Shown one piece after another: positions 1-10,062 of a stretch of 64,000 nt of DNA. The stretch comes from Alphaproteobacteria bacterium (lineage in GTDB: Bacteria > Pseudomonadota > Alphaproteobacteria > JACZXZ01). How positions within the stretch are numbered: position 1 is the stretch's first letter; each line of letters starts with the position of its first letter. The notes beneath the pieces were generated by a model. It had not been told where the DNA came from. It did no database searches and was given only the letters and a program-made list of their open reading frames with translations. The position numbers and the translations under genes are program-made. Location: positions 696 to 64,695 of the forward strand of contig DATJLQ010000007.1 of NCBI GenBank assembly GCA_035509415.1, given 5' to 3'.

Positions 1-797
1 GCCTCGCGGGGGCGCGGCTGCAAGTCGAGGCCATGAAGGCGACCTATCGCCAGCGCCGCGCGGACCTCCAATCGGCCGAGGACACGCTTGCCTATCGCCA
101 GCGCGAGTTCGACCGGCAGAAGCGCCTCATCGGCTCGGGTGTGGCGTCCCAGGCGCAATACGACCAGGCGAGCAACGCGCTCGTGGTCGCGCGCCAGCAG
201 GTCGAGGCGGCGCAGCAGCAGATCGCGAACGTGCTCGCGAGCCTGGGCGGCAATCCCGACATCCCGATCGACCAACACCCGTCGGTCGAGGAGGCCCAGG
301 CCCGGCTCGACCGCGCCAAGCTCGATCTCTCCTACACCGTGATCGCAGCCCCCGACGACGGCATCGTGACGCGCGTCGAGAAGCTCCAGGTGGGCGACTA
401 CGTCAACGCCTCGACGCCGGTGTTCGCCCTTCTCTCGACCCACCGCATCTGGGTCGAGGCCAATTTCAAGGAGGTCGAGCTCACCCACATGCGCGCGGGC
501 CAGCCCGCGACCATCGAGGTCGACACTTATCCGGATCACGATTTCACGGGCAAGGTCGAGAGCCTGAGCCCGGGCACGGGGGCGGTGTTCTCGTTGCTGC
601 CGCCGCAGAACGCGTCGGGCAATTGGGTCAAGGTGGTGCAGCGGCTTCCGGTGCGCATTTCGATCGACGATCCGAGTGCGTCCGCCCCGCTTCATGCGGG
701 GTTGAGCGCCTCGGTCGAGGTCGACACGGGCTATCGGCGCTCGCTCGGCGCGCTGTTCGATTGGCTCTTCGGCTCCTCGAGCTCGAGCAAGCCGTGA
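1..797 (+). CDS. HlyD/EmrA-family membrane fusion protein of an efflux pump. C-terminal part only; the 5' end lies outside the window.
   Basis: The translation (..VIAAPDDGIVTRVEKLQVGDYV...PATIEVDTYPDHDFTGKVESLSPGTGAVFSLLPPQNASGNWVKVVQRLPVRISID) is typical of EmrA/HlyD beta-barrel and MP domains. The ORF is open to the window start. Its stop TGA at 795-797 overlaps the GTG start of the next gene. Confidence 0.8.
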   Translation, partial: LAGARLQVEAMKATYRQRRADLQSAEDTLAYRQREFDRQKRLIGSGVASQAQYDQASNALVVARQQVEAAQQQIANVLASLGGNPDIPIDQHPSVEEAQARLDRAKLDLSYTVIAAPDDGIVTRVEKLQVGDYVNASTPVFALLSTHRIWVEANFKEVELTHMRAGQPATIEVDTYPDHDFTGKVESLSPGTGAVFSLLPPQNASGNWVKVVQRLPVRISIDDPSASAPLHAGLSASVEVDTGYRRSLGALFDWLFGSSSSSKP

Positions 798-2299
798 GCG
801 CCAGCGTCTCGATTTCGGTCGCCCGCAAGGCGGCCCGCTTGGCGTTGCCGGCGCTCCTGAGCATGCTTGCGGCTTGCACGGTCGGGCCCAATTTCAAGCC
901 GCCTCAGACCCCGGCGCCCAGGAGCTACGCGGCCGCGGGCGAGCGCGATCTCGAAGCGGGCGGCATTTCCGAGGCGGGCCAACGCGTCTCGCTCGGCAAG
1001 CAGCCCGCGGGCCCGTGGTGGAACGCGTTCAAGTCGGCGGAGCTCGATCGCACGATCGCATTGGCGCTCGCGGGCAACCGCAATCTCGAATCCGCGCGCG
1101 CGAACCTCGCCGCGGCGGAGGAGGCGGTCGCGGCGGCGGCGGGCGGCGAGCTCCCGCAAGCGAGTGCCGCCGCGAGTGCCGCGCGGGAAAAGCTCAACGC
1201 CCAGTCCTTCGGCCTCAAGCAGCCGATCCCGCGCTTCAATCTCTATTCGATCGGGCCGGCCGTGAGCTTCGATCTCGATCTCTTCGGCGGCACGCGGCGC
1301 CTCGTCGAGGAGAAGGCCGCACTCGCCGAGGTCGCGGACGACAGGCTCGCGGCGGCGCGCCTCGCCCTCGCGGGCAACGTCGCGACCCAGGCGTTCGCCG
1401 TCGCGACGGCGCGCGCGGAGATCGCGACCGTCCAGCAAATCCTCAAGGACGACGCGGAAAACCTGAAGCTCGTACGCGGCGCCTTTTCGGCGGGGGCGGT
1501 GACGCAGGTCGACGTGCTGAGTGCGGAGAGCCAGCTCGCCAACGACCGCACGCTTCTCCCGCCGCTCGACCAGCGTCTCGCCGTGGCGCGTCATGCGCTC
1601 TCGATCCTGGTGGGCCAAGCGCCCGCCGATTGGGCGCCGCCCGCGTTCGATTTCGACCGCATCGCGCTGCCGCAGGATTTGCCGCTGAGCCTGCCTTCGG
1701 CGCTCGCCCACGACCGGCCCGACATCCGCGCCGCCGAGGCCGAGCTTCACGCCGCCACCGCCGAGATCGGCGTCGCGACCGCGCGCCTCTATCCCGACGT
1801 GAACCTCACCGCGTCGCTCGGCCAGACCGCGAACGTCTTCGGCCATTTGTTCGACGGCGCGAACACGGTCTGGAGCCTCGCGACCGGCCTCACCGCGCCG
1901 ATCTTCACTGGCGGCACCCTCGAGGCCGAGAAGCGCGGCGCCGAGGACAAACGCGAGGCGGCCTACGCGGCCTATCAGGAAGTGGTGCTTCAGTCGTTCG
2001 GCCAGGTGGCCGACCGGCTCGAGGCGCTCGCCCATGACGGCGTGCTGTTGGAGGAGAACGAGCGCGCGGCCGACATCGCCGCAGCCTCGCTCAAGCTCAC
2101 GCGCGTGAGCTACAACGCGGGCAATACCGGCATCCTCCAGGTGCTCGACGCCGAGCGCGCGTCGAACGAGGCGCGCCTCGGCACGGTGCGTGCGCGCGCC
2201 GAGCTCTATCGCGACACGGCCGAGCTGTTCCTCGCGCTCGGCGGCACCGTGCCCGCGCCTACGACGCCTGCGGCACCCGAGGCATCGGCCAAGCCCTAA
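794..2299 (+). CDS. Efflux transporter outer-membrane lipoprotein, NodT/OprM family.
   Basis: GTG start at 794 overlaps the upstream stop (GTGA). Lipoprotein signal with lipobox (..LLSMLAAC TVGPNFKPP). Two OEP repeats. Typical RND/MFS outer-membrane factor. Confidence 0.85.
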   Translation: MSASVSISVARKAARLALPALLSMLAACTVGPNFKPPQTPAPRSYAAAGERDLEAGGISEAGQRVSLGKQPAGPWWNAFKSAELDRTIALALAGNRNLESARANLAAAEEAVAAAAGGELPQASAAASAAREKLNAQSFGLKQPIPRFNLYSIGPAVSFDLDLFGGTRRLVEEKAALAEVADDRLAAARLALAGNVATQAFAVATARAEIATVQQILKDDAENLKLVRGAFSAGAVTQVDVLSAESQLANDRTLLPPLDQRLAVARHALSILVGQAPADWAPPAFDFDRIALPQDLPLSLPSALAHDRPDIRAAEAELHAATAEIGVATARLYPDVNLTASLGQTANVFGHLFDGANTVWSLATGLTAPIFTGGTLEAEKRGAEDKREAAYAAYQEVVLQSFGQVADRLEALAHDGVLLEENERAADIAAASLKLTRVSYNAGNTGILQVLDAERASNEARLGTVRARAELYRDTAELFLALGGTVPAPTTPAAPEASAKP

Positions 2300-2390
2300 G
2301 CGGCCGGACCCGATCCGGGCCCGAATCGCCAATCCTTTGAGGGATTTGGACCAAGGCGCCCCTTGACCCGCGACGCCTTGCGGGTTTAAC

Positions 2391-2405
2391 GTTCATGCCG
2401 TGAAC
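2391..2405. promoter_or_regulatory. Inverted repeat GTTCA-N5-TGAAC upstream of cysD, a candidate regulator binding site. It is followed by a second TGAAC direct repeat.
   Basis: GTTCATGCCGTGAAC is seen directly. The same half-sites recur at 9666-9680 and 9910-9924. Confidence 0.45.
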
Positions 2406-2438
2406 ATGAACGCCGTCCGGGCGGCGGAGAAGGCTTTT

Positions 2439-2462
2439 CGCCCGGATTGCGGTAGCATGGGC
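2439..2462 (+). promoter_or_regulatory. Conserved 24-nt element CGCCCGGATTGCGGTAGCATGGGC in the cysD leader or promoter.
   Basis: Matches 10039-10062 at 22 of 24 positions (CACCCGGACTGCGGTAGCATGGGC). Located 35 nt before the cysD ATG. Confidence 0.5.
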
Positions 2463-2497
2463 CGCGCGCCGCATCCACGCCGAACCACGGTCTCCGG

Positions 2498-3295
2498 ATG
2501 ATCTCCCCGCTCGACGGTCTCGAGGCAAGAACCATCCATATTCTGCGCGAGGCGCAGGCGCGCGTGGCGCCGTTGGTGCTTCTCTGGTCGATGGGAAAGG
2601 ACAGCACGGCGCTGTTGTGGATGGCGCGCAAGGCGTTCTTCGGGCGCGTGCCGTTTCCCGTGGTCCAGCTCGATACCGGCATGGAGCTCGACGAGGTCTA
2701 CGCGTTCCGCGACCGCATCGCGCGCGATTGGCAGCTCGACCTCGCGATCGAGCTTTGCCCGCCCGAAGGATCGGTCGCGGCGGATCTGCCGCCCGCCGCG
2801 CGTGCCGCGGCGCGCAAGACCGAGGGACTGAAGAACCTGATCGCGCGGCGCGGGCTCCACGGCATCCTGGTCGGCATCCGGCGCGACGAGCAGGCGACGC
2901 GCGCGAAGGAGCGCATGTTCAGCCCGCGCGGCGCCGGCGGCGAATGGCACTTGCGCGAGCAGCCGGCCGAGCTGTGGGGCCAATACTTGACCGAGGTTCC
3001 GCCGGGCGGCCATGTGCGCATCCATCCACTGCTTCCCTGGCGCGAGATCGACGTGTGGCGCTACACGAAGCGGGAGGCGATCCCTTTCGTTCCGCTCTAT
3101 CTCGCGCGCGGCGGCAAGCGCTACCGCTCTCTCGGCGAGAAGAACATCACGGCCCCCGTCGCCTCGAGCGCCGCGTCGATCGACGCCATCATCGCCGAGC
3201 TCGAGACGACCGAGATCGCCGAGCGCGCCGGACGCGCCATGGATCGCGAGACCGAGGACGCGTTCGAGCGCCTGCGCGCCGCGGGGTACATGTGA
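2498..3295 (+). CDS. cysD: Sulfate adenylyltransferase subunit 2 (CysD/NodP-like).
   Basis: PAPS-reductase-fold ATP-sulfurylase small subunit. Motifs LLWSMGKDSTALLWMA and GIRRDE match. Translationally coupled to the next gene (GTGA). Confidence 0.9.
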   Translation: MISPLDGLEARTIHILREAQARVAPLVLLWSMGKDSTALLWMARKAFFGRVPFPVVQLDTGMELDEVYAFRDRIARDWQLDLAIELCPPEGSVAADLPPAARAAARKTEGLKNLIARRGLHGILVGIRRDEQATRAKERMFSPRGAGGEWHLREQPAELWGQYLTEVPPGGHVRIHPLLPWREIDVWRYTKREAIPFVPLYLARGGKRYRSLGEKNITAPVASSAASIDAIIAELETTEIAERAGRAMDRETEDAFERLRAAGYM

Positions 3296-5202
3296 CGGCG
3301 GCCGAAGAGCCGGCGCCGCGCGAGCGCCTCGCGATCGCCGTGGTCGGCCATGTCGATCACGGCAAATCGACGCTCATCGCGCGGCTCCTCTACGAGGCGG
3401 GGCTGGTGCCCGAAGCGAAACGCGCCGAGCTCGAGGCCGCGAGCCGCCGGCGCGGCACTTCGCTCGAATGGTCCTATCTCCTCGATGCGTTCCAGGCCGA
3501 GCGCGACCAGGCGGTCACCATCGATGCGACCCACGCGGCGCTCGCGACGGCGCGGCGCGACTACCTTCTGATCGACGCGCCCGGCCACAAGGAATTCCTC
3601 AAGAACATGCTCGTGGGGGCTGCGCAGGCGGACGCCGCCATCCTCGTGGTCGACGCGACCGAGGGGGTCGCCGAGCAGACGCGCCGCCACGCCTATCTGC
3701 TTTCGCTGCTCGGCATCGCCGACCTCGTGGTCGCGATCAACAAGATGGACGCGGTCGGCTACGCGGCCGCGCGTTTCGAGGCGCTAAGCGCCGAGATCCG
3801 GCGTCATCTCGAAGCGCTCGGCCTCGCGCCGCCCGCGATCGTGCCGGTCGCGGCGCGCGAGGGGGCCAATCTTGTTAGCCCGTCGAGCGAGATGCCCTGG
3901 CATCGCGGGCCGACGCTGCTCGCTTCCCTCGACCTTCTCGCGGCGCCGAGCGCGCGCGCCGATCTGCCGTTGCGATTTCCGGTCCAGGACGTCTACCGCA
4001 TCGACGGGAAGCGCATCATCGTGGGGCGCATCGAGTCAGGGACGCTCGCGCTCGGCGACCGGCTTCTTTTCGCGCCCGGCAATCACGGCGCGCGCGTGAA
4101 ATCGATCGAGACCTGGCCGGAGCGGCCCGAGTCCGCGGCGCCCGTGCGCGCCGAGGCGGGCCAATCGATCGGCCTCACCCTCGACGAGCCGATCTTCGTC
4201 GAGCGCGGCGACGTCGCGAGCCATGAGACGCGGCCACCCATGCTTACCCACGTGTTTCGCGCGCGGCTCCTCTGGCTCGCGGAGAAGCCGCTCGCCGTCG
4301 GCGCGGTCTACCGCCTGCGGCTCGGCACGCGCGTGGCGCAAGTCACGGTCCAGGCGATCGAGCGCCTGATCGACACGGGCAGCCTCGCGCCGCGCAAGGC
4401 CGACAAGATCGGCCGCAACGAGGTCGGCGAGGCGATCCTGCGTAGTCCGAGCCTGCTCGCCCTCGACGCGCGCAGCGCCGATCCCGCCCTCGGCCGCTTC
4501 GTCCTGGTCGAGGGCTACGAGGTGGTGGGTGCCGGAATCGTCGACATGGAGGGTTTCCCCGACGAGCGCCAAGCGTTCGCGGTCCACGGCGCCGGCCGGT
4601 TCGAGACCGATCATCTCCTCGCCCGCGACGCGCGCGCCCGGCGCAACGGCCATCAGGGGGCGGTCATCTGGTTCACCGGCCTCTCGGGTGCGGGCAAGTC
4701 GACCCTCGCGATGGAGGTCGAGCGGCGCCTGTTCCTCGCCGGCTATCAGGTCTATGTGCTCGACGGCGACAATGTGCGGCGCGGCCTCAACGCCGATCTC
4801 GGCTTCGCGCCCGATGACCGGGTCGAGAACATCCGGCGCGTGGGCGAGGTCGCGATGCTGTTCGCGGACGCGGGCTTCATCGTCATCACCGCCTTCATCT
4901 CGCCCTACATCTCGGACCGCGCCCGCGCGCGCGCCGCGGCGGCCCAGGGCGCCTTCCACGAGGTCTACATCAAGGCCGATCTCGAGCTTTGCGAGCGGCG
5001 CGACCCGAAGGGCCTCTATAAGCGCGCGCGCGCGGGCGAGATCCCGGACTTCACCGGCGTCTCAGCACCCTACGAGCCGCCGCCGGCGCCCGAGCTCACG
5101 GTCGACACGGGTGCTTGCTCGATCGAGGAATCGGTCGCGCGGGTCCTCGCCTATATCGAGCGGCACGTGGCGCTGAAGCCGCCCGACGCGGGACGCGGAT
5201 GA
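3292..5202 (+). CDS. cysNC: Bifunctional sulfate adenylyltransferase subunit 1 / adenylylsulfate kinase (CysN-CysC fusion, NodQ-like).
   Basis: GTG start at 3292 overlaps the cysD stop. N-terminal GTPase (AIAVVGHVDHGKSTL, DAPGH, NKMD). C-terminal APS kinase P-loop (VIWFTGLSGAGKSTLA). The upstream ORF extension to 2617 is a frame artefact. Confidence 0.9.
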   Translation: MTAAEEPAPRERLAIAVVGHVDHGKSTLIARLLYEAGLVPEAKRAELEAASRRRGTSLEWSYLLDAFQAERDQAVTIDATHAALATARRDYLLIDAPGHKEFLKNMLVGAAQADAAILVVDATEGVAEQTRRHAYLLSLLGIADLVVAINKMDAVGYAAARFEALSAEIRRHLEALGLAPPAIVPVAAREGANLVSPSSEMPWHRGPTLLASLDLLAAPSARADLPLRFPVQDVYRIDGKRIIVGRIESGTLALGDRLLFAPGNHGARVKSIETWPERPESAAPVRAEAGQSIGLTLDEPIFVERGDVASHETRPPMLTHVFRARLLWLAEKPLAVGAVYRLRLGTRVAQVTVQAIERLIDTGSLAPRKADKIGRNEVGEAILRSPSLLALDARSADPALGRFVLVEGYEVVGAGIVDMEGFPDERQAFAVHGAGRFETDHLLARDARARRNGHQGAVIWFTGLSGAGKSTLAMEVERRLFLAGYQVYVLDGDNVRRGLNADLGFAPDDRVENIRRVGEVAMLFADAGFIVITAFISPYISDRARARAAAAQGAFHEVYIKADLELCERRDPKGLYKRARAGEIPDFTGVSAPYEPPPAPELTVDTGACSIEESVARVLAYIERHVALKPPDAGRG

Positions 5203-5222
5203 GCGCCGACTCGGGGGATGCG

Positions 5223-6212
5223 TTACGCCGCGCGCGGCTTGGACGCGATCATCATGAAGCCGCTCACGGCGAGGTCCGCGTCGGCGACCGGCGCGAACTC
5301 GCGCGCGAGGTGCGGGCGCATCGCGCGCACGGTCTCGAGCGCCGTCGCACGCAAGCCGGGATCGATTTCGTCCCACGGTATGGGTGCTCCGAGCCCGTCC
5401 TCGCGGCCCGCGAGGTTGGTCACGAGGAAGCGGCAGTCGATTTTCGCCGCCGCGGCCCAGGCCTTGTAGCGATGGAGCAGCACGCGATTGGGCCGGCCGC
5501 TGTTCGCCACCATGCGCCGGAAGATGGCGCGCGGCACGGTGAGGAAGGTGAGCGGATGACGCCCGGCGAACATGCCATGGTCGCGCAGGTCGATCTGATG
5601 CACGAGGACGCCGCCGGGCACGAGCGCCCGCATCATGCCGTCGAGGCCGCGGATCGGATCGAGGAGATGCTCCATCACCGCGGTCGAGAGGATCGCCGAA
5701 TAGGTGGGCGGGAGCGACGCGAAATAATCCTCGGCCGCGACGCCGTAGACGTATTTGACGCCGCGGATGTTGCGCTCGGCGGGCGCGCCGTCGAACAGGC
5801 GCGCGAGATCGTGCTTCTCGGCGAGCGCGCGGTAGATCGGCGTCTGCACTGTTTCGTCGCGCTCCGAGCGGAAGCGGTCGATCGCGTGCACCTCGGCGGC
5901 GCCGCGCGCGAGCAGCAGCAACCCCACGCCCAGATTGTCGCCCGGGCCGATCTCGGCGACGGTGCCCTCGAAACGCGCGCGCCCGACGGCCGCCGCGTAG
6001 CTCTCGGCCACATGCTCGATGTAGCGCACCGACTCTTCGACCGGGATCGTCGCGTGGGTGGTGCCCGATTCGGTGCCGACGCGGCCGAGCGCGAGGCGCA
6101 AGCCGTCGAGCGCGTCGAGCACGAGATAGCCCACGCAGGTGAGGGGCACGCTCGCGCGCACCAGCTTCTTGAGCGCCGCGCGCGGCGAGGCGGGGGTGTC
6201 GGTCGGGCTCAT
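5223..6212 (-). CDS. Class I SAM-dependent methyltransferase.
   Basis: Rossmann motif I (VAEIGPGDNLGVGLLLLARGA) and an acidic post-I residue. 329 aa. Convergent with cysNC. Confidence 0.7.
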   Translation of the reverse strand: MSPTDTPASPRAALKKLVRASVPLTCVGYLVLDALDGLRLALGRVGTESGTTHATIPVEESVRYIEHVAESYAAAVGRARFEGTVAEIGPGDNLGVGLLLLARGAAEVHAIDRFRSERDETVQTPIYRALAEKHDLARLFDGAPAERNIRGVKYVYGVAAEDYFASLPPTYSAILSTAVMEHLLDPIRGLDGMMRALVPGGVLVHQIDLRDHGMFAGRHPLTFLTVPRAIFRRMVANSGRPNRVLLHRYKAWAAAAKIDCRFLVTNLAGREDGLGAPIPWDEIDPGLRATALETVRAMRPHLAREFAPVADADLAVSGFMMIASKPRAA

Positions 6213-6316
6213 GGGCTCCGAAGGGGCTCAGTCGTGGCAGCCGGGCGAGACGGTAGCGCAATCGAGGCGCAGGGAGAAGGCGCCTCGGACGCCGGCACGC
6301 GAGCGGCATACGCGCC

Positions 6317-7441
6317 ATGAAGATCGTCATCCTCTGCCGCTCGCTCGATTATGGCGGCGCCGAGCGCCAGGCGATCCTTCTTGCGCGCGGCCTCGCGGCG
6401 CGCGGCCACGCGGTGGCGTTGGCGCTCTTCTATCGCGGCGGACCGCTCGAGGCCGGGCTCGCGGGGACCGACCTGCGCGTTCACGATCTCGCGAAGCGCG
6501 GGCGCTGGGACGCGCTCGGATTCTTCGTGCGTCTCGTGCGCTTCCTCCGCCGCGAGCGGCCCGACATCGTCTATGGATTCCTTCCCGTGCCGAACCTCGT
6601 GGCGGCGCTCGCGAAGGCTTTCGTGCGCACACCGCGACTCGTGTTCGGCGTGCGCGCGGCGGGCATGGATCTCGCGCATTACGATTGGCTCGCGCGGCTT
6701 TCCTACCGGCTCGAGGCGCAGCTGTCGTCGCGCGCCGATCTTGTCATCGCCAATTCTGAAGAGGGTGCGCGCGACATCGCGCGACGCGGCTTCCGCGCGC
6801 GCAAGGTCGCGGTGGTCGCGAACGGCATCGACACCGAGAATTTCGCGCGCGATCCCGCGGCCCGCTTGGCGCTGCGGCGCGACTGGGGCGTTCCGGAGGG
6901 GGCGTTCCTCGTCGGCCATGCGGGGCGCCTCGATCCGATGAAGGGGCACGATCTGTTCCTTGAGGCGGCGGCAAATCTCGCGCGCGACGATGCGGGCTTG
7001 CGTTTCGTTTCGGTCGGCGCGGGCGACCGCACCTATCTCGCCCGGCTGAAGCTGCGCGCAACTTCGCTCGAGCTCGAGGGACGCCTCATTTGGGCGGGCG
7101 GCCGCGCCGACATGGCGCGTTGCTATGCGGCGCTCGATCTCTTCTGCTCCTCCTCGCGCTACGGCGAGGGATTCCCAAACGTCGTCGCGGAAGCCATGGC
7201 CTGCGGCGTTCCCTGCGTCGCGACCGATCTGGGGGCCGCGCGCGCGATCGTGGGCGAGCTCGGCCTCGTCGTCCCACCCGGAGACGCGAGCGCGCTGGCC
7301 AAGGCCCTCGCAACCATGATCGGGCGCGTCAAGTCGGAAGGTCCGAGCCTCGCGGCATCCACGCGCCGCTCGATCGAGACGCGGTTCGGCGTCGTGCGGC
7401 TTGCGGCCGAGACCGAGGCGCTGCTCCGGGACCTCGCCTGA
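6317..7441 (+). CDS. Glycosyltransferase family 4 (GT-B fold).
   Basis: N-terminal MKIVILCRSLDYGGAERQ and a C-terminal EGFPNVVAEAMACGVPCVATD (EX7E-like) motif typical of GT4. Confidence 0.8.
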   Translation: MKIVILCRSLDYGGAERQAILLARGLAARGHAVALALFYRGGPLEAGLAGTDLRVHDLAKRGRWDALGFFVRLVRFLRRERPDIVYGFLPVPNLVAALAKAFVRTPRLVFGVRAAGMDLAHYDWLARLSYRLEAQLSSRADLVIANSEEGARDIARRGFRARKVAVVANGIDTENFARDPAARLALRRDWGVPEGAFLVGHAGRLDPMKGHDLFLEAAANLARDDAGLRFVSVGAGDRTYLARLKLRATSLELEGRLIWAGGRADMARCYAALDLFCSSSRYGEGFPNVVAEAMACGVPCVATDLGAARAIVGELGLVVPPGDASALAKALATMIGRVKSEGPSLAASTRRSIETRFGVVRLAAETEALLRDLA

Positions 7442-7448
7442 AGGCGCA

Positions 7449-8618
7449 TCAGGTATCGCGCGCGTCGACCAGCTCGCGATAAAGCGCGTCGTAGGCGCCA
7501 ACGCAGGCCGCGAGCGAGAATTCCGCCTCGACGCGCGCGCGGCCCGCTTGGCCCATACGCGCGGCCGACCCGCGATCGCCGGCGAGCGATGCGATCGCAG
7601 CCCCAAGCTTCGCCGGATCGCGCGGCGGCACGAGAAGGCCCGTCGCGCCGTCGGCGACCGCCTCGGGATTGCCGCCCACATTGGTCGCGATCACCGGCAG
7701 CGCCGCCGCCATGGCCTCGAGGATCGCGTTGGAGAAGCCTTCCTCGTGCGACACCAAAAGCGCGAGGTCGGCCGCGACGTAAAGCGGCGCCGTGTCGCTC
7801 ACGAGCCCGAGCCAGCGCAGATTCTCCGCGATGCCGAGGCGGGCCGCGCGCGCCGCGAGCGAGGCACCCGCGCCATCGTCGCGGCCCGCGCATAGGAGCA
7901 GCCACGGCTTGGGCAAACGGCCCTCGATCGCGCCGAGGGCATCGAGCAGATCGGCATGGCCCTTGTAGGGAATGATGTTGGCCACCAGCAGCATGACGAA
8001 GGCGTCGGCGGGAACGCCGAGCGCGCGCCGCGCCTCGGCCCGCTGCGCCGCGGTCGCGACGGGCGCCGTCTCGATGCCGTTATAGATGAGGCGCAGCTTC
8101 TCCGCCGGCACGCCCTCCGCCGCGAGCTCGCCCATCACGGCGCGGCTGTTGCCACTGATGCGCGCCATGAAGGGATGGAGGAGACGCTCGAGCCGGGCGA
8201 GGAGCGGGCGCTCTGCCTGATAGGCGTTGAGGCTGCGCCGGCTCATGACGAGGTTGCGGCGCCCGGTCGCGAGTGCGGCGATCCCACCCACCACGTAGTT
8301 CGCCGGCAGGAAGAAATGCACGATCGCCGGCCGGCGGCGCATCATCTCGATCATCGAGGCGCCCGTCACCGCGAGAAGGCGCAGGCCGCGCGCGAGGATC
8401 GACGCGCGTCCGCTGCGCGCTCGGGCGCCGAAGCGCGACACGCGCACCGGAACGCCCCGGGCCTCGAGCGCGTCGGCCATGCGGCCGCGCTCGACCAGGC
8501 AGTAGATCTCGGGCTGCCAGACGCGCCGGTCGAGGGACGAGGCGATCTGCACGAGATGGCGTTGGGTCCCGCCGATCTTGAGCGAATCGATGACGTAAAG
8601 GATGCGGCGCGGCGTCAT
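7449..8618 (-). CDS. Glycosyltransferase family 4.
   Basis: N-terminal [17 protein letters not shown] and C-terminal [27 protein letters not shown] match GT4. Coupled (ATGA) to the upstream gene on the minus strand. Confidence 0.8.
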   Translation of the reverse strand: MTPRRILYVIDSLKIGGTQRHLVQIASSLDRRVWQPEIYCLVERGRMADALEARGVPVRVSRFGARARSGRASILARGLRLLAVTGASMIEMMRRRPAIVHFFLPANYVVGGIAALATGRRNLVMSRRSLNAYQAERPLLARLERLLHPFMARISGNSRAVMGELAAEGVPAEKLRLIYNGIETAPVATAAQRAEARRALGVPADAFVMLLVANIIPYKGHADLLDALGAIEGRLPKPWLLLCAGRDDGAGASLAARAARLGIAENLRWLGLVSDTAPLYVAADLALLVSHEEGFSNAILEAMAAALPVIATNVGGNPEAVADGATGLLVPPRDPAKLGAAIASLAGDRGSAARMGQAGRARVEAEFSLAACVGAYDALYRELVDARDT

Positions 8619-9565
8619 GGCACGGCAAAGCCCGCGATGGAATCATGAGCATAATGCGCCTCGGCTGAGCGCCATAGCACCTCGAAGCCGCGCCTTCCCT
8701 TGCGATAGATGCCGCCCTTGACCGGCGAGGACGCGCCGTCGTTGCTGCCGGTCGCGAGCAGGCCGCCCGCGCCGAGCCCCTCGAACAAGCGGCCCACGAC
8801 GGACGCCAGCGCCGCGCGGTCGAAATAGGATTCGTTGAGCACGTTCATGGCGCGGACGAGATCGGCCGGGCGCGGGAGCGGCGAGGGGTCGCGGAGATCG
8901 TGGGCGATCAGGTGGAAACGCGCATCGCGCGCGGCGAGCGCCGAGGCGCGCGGCGAGGCAAGGGTGAGCGTCTCGGCCTCGATCCTGTGGGCGCGCTCCG
9001 CCTCGAGGAGGCGCGGGAGGCGGCAGCGCTCGACGTATTGCAGGACGGCGTAATTCACCGGATAGAGCCGGAAATTCTCGCGCTCGCGCGCGACGACGTG
9101 GAACACGAAGGGCCGCGCGCCGAGCTCGAGCACGCGGCCGCCGCGGTCGAGCACCGCATGGACGCGGCCCGCGCGCAGCACGCGGAGCTCGGTGTCGTAG
9201 TCGGACGCGTAATAGTCGAGTTGGGCGTAGCGGGGTGCGAGCTTCTCGAACAGCTCGGCCGCGGTGCGCGCGTCGCTGACGCCGGCATCGTGGACCGTAA
9301 GCGGTGCGTCGGCCGCGAAGCGCTCGGCGACGAATGCCAACACACGCGCGTCGAAATCGTCGAAGCGGTGCCGTTGGGTGCGCTTATAGGCGCCGCGCGC
9401 GTCGGCGAAATGCTCGAGGATGAGCTCGGCCGCGCGCTCCGGGTCGGCGGCTTGGGCGATCTTGGCGTAGAGTGCGACCGAAATGCGCCGCCTTCCGCCG
9501 AACAGGGTGCGGAGCCGTCTCGGGTCGGCAAGCGCCTCGATGTCCTGCACTCCGGTTTTCAGCAT
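8615..9565 (-). CDS. Hypothetical protein, possibly a SAM-dependent methyltransferase. First gene of a minus-strand pair with the GT4.
   Basis: 316 aa. Weak motif-I-like LTVHDAGVSDARTAAEL followed by YYASDYD. No confident family assignment. Confidence 0.5.
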   Translation of the reverse strand: MLKTGVQDIEALADPRRLRTLFGGRRRISVALYAKIAQAADPERAAELILEHFADARGAYKRTQRHRFDDFDARVLAFVAERFAADAPLTVHDAGVSDARTAAELFEKLAPRYAQLDYYASDYDTELRVLRAGRVHAVLDRGGRVLELGARPFVFHVVARERENFRLYPVNYAVLQYVERCRLPRLLEAERAHRIEAETLTLASPRASALAARDARFHLIAHDLRDPSPLPRPADLVRAMNVLNESYFDRAALASVVGRLFEGLGAGGLLATGSNDGASSPVKGGIYRKGRRGFEVLWRSAEAHYAHDSIAGFAVP

Positions 9566-9665
9566 CGCGGCCTATGGGCGCTGGCAAGCGCGGGCGTCGG
9601 GTCGGACCGATGGTCCGCGGCGCGCGAGCCTCCGGGGAACGCGGCCGCACGCTCGAATCGCGCTT

Positions 9666-9680
9666 GTTCGTATCGTGAAC
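9666..9680. promoter_or_regulatory. Inverted repeat GTTCG-N5-TGAAC in the divergent intergenic region. The extended palindrome CTTGTTC-N7-GAACAAG spans 9663-9683.
   Basis: Seen directly. Lies about 100 bp upstream of the minus-strand gene start at 9565. Confidence 0.45.
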
Positions 9681-9909
9681 AAGCAGGGCCGGCAATAATA
9701 AAGCGCCGCCCGGGCGGGGGCACTTCCGCGCTCAAGATCGCTTCGGCGTTAGGCTTTCTCGCCGATCGGGCCGGATTGGCGCGCTTTCGGGTCCCCCGAG
9801 CGAGGCCGGCCTTTGGCTGTAAGATCCCTTGGCTCCACGCTTTTTCCGGCCGAAGGCGCCCGGCTTGGGTACGCGGACCCCTTGACGGCAGGGACGCCCA
9901 AGTGTAATC

Positions 9910-9924
9910 GTTCACGCCATGAAC
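9910..9924. promoter_or_regulatory. Inverted repeat GTTCA-N5-TGAAC upstream of the nonulosonic-acid operon.
   Basis: GTTCACGCCATGAAC, about 150 bp upstream of the ATG at 10077. Confidence 0.45.
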
Positions 9925-10038
9925 AAGGGCGCCGGAGCGGGCGCCCTCGCCCGAGAGGCGCGCGACGTTGGAGTGTTGCACGCCGTCCGATCTCGGCACC
10001 GCCACGCGTCCGTCCATGTTGGTCCGGTGAAGGCACTT

Positions 10039-10062
10039 CACCCGGACTGCGGTAGCATGGGC
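10039..10062 (+). promoter_or_regulatory. Second copy of the conserved 24-nt element, immediately upstream of the nonulosonic-acid operon.
   Basis: Located 15 nt before the ATG at 10077. Near-identical to 2439-2462. Confidence 0.5.

Noticed and set aside
731-2332. A 533-aa minus-strand ORF, together with 874-2037 (+), 867-1265 (+) and other ORFs overlapping the outer-membrane efflux gene.
   Set aside because: Arg/Ala/Gly-rich, low-complexity translations typical of off-frame reading of 70% GC DNA. The plus-strand gene has clear family signatures.
2299-2350. A possible terminator hairpin (GGCCGGACCCGATCCGGGCC) after the efflux outer-membrane gene.
   Set aside because: It has an imperfect stem and no downstream T-run, so it is too weak to call.
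2617-3291. Upstream extension of the cysNC ORF (M at 2617) overlapping all of cysD.
   Set aside because: Wrong-frame read-through. The real start is the GTG at 3292, coupled to the cysD stop. The extension translates to Arg/Ala-rich, low-complexity sequence.
5062-6330. ORFs 5062-6330 (-), 5115-6320 (+) and 6209-7681 (-), which overlap the methyltransferase and GT4 genes.
   Set aside because: Shadow ORFs of high-GC DNA with no protein-like motifs.
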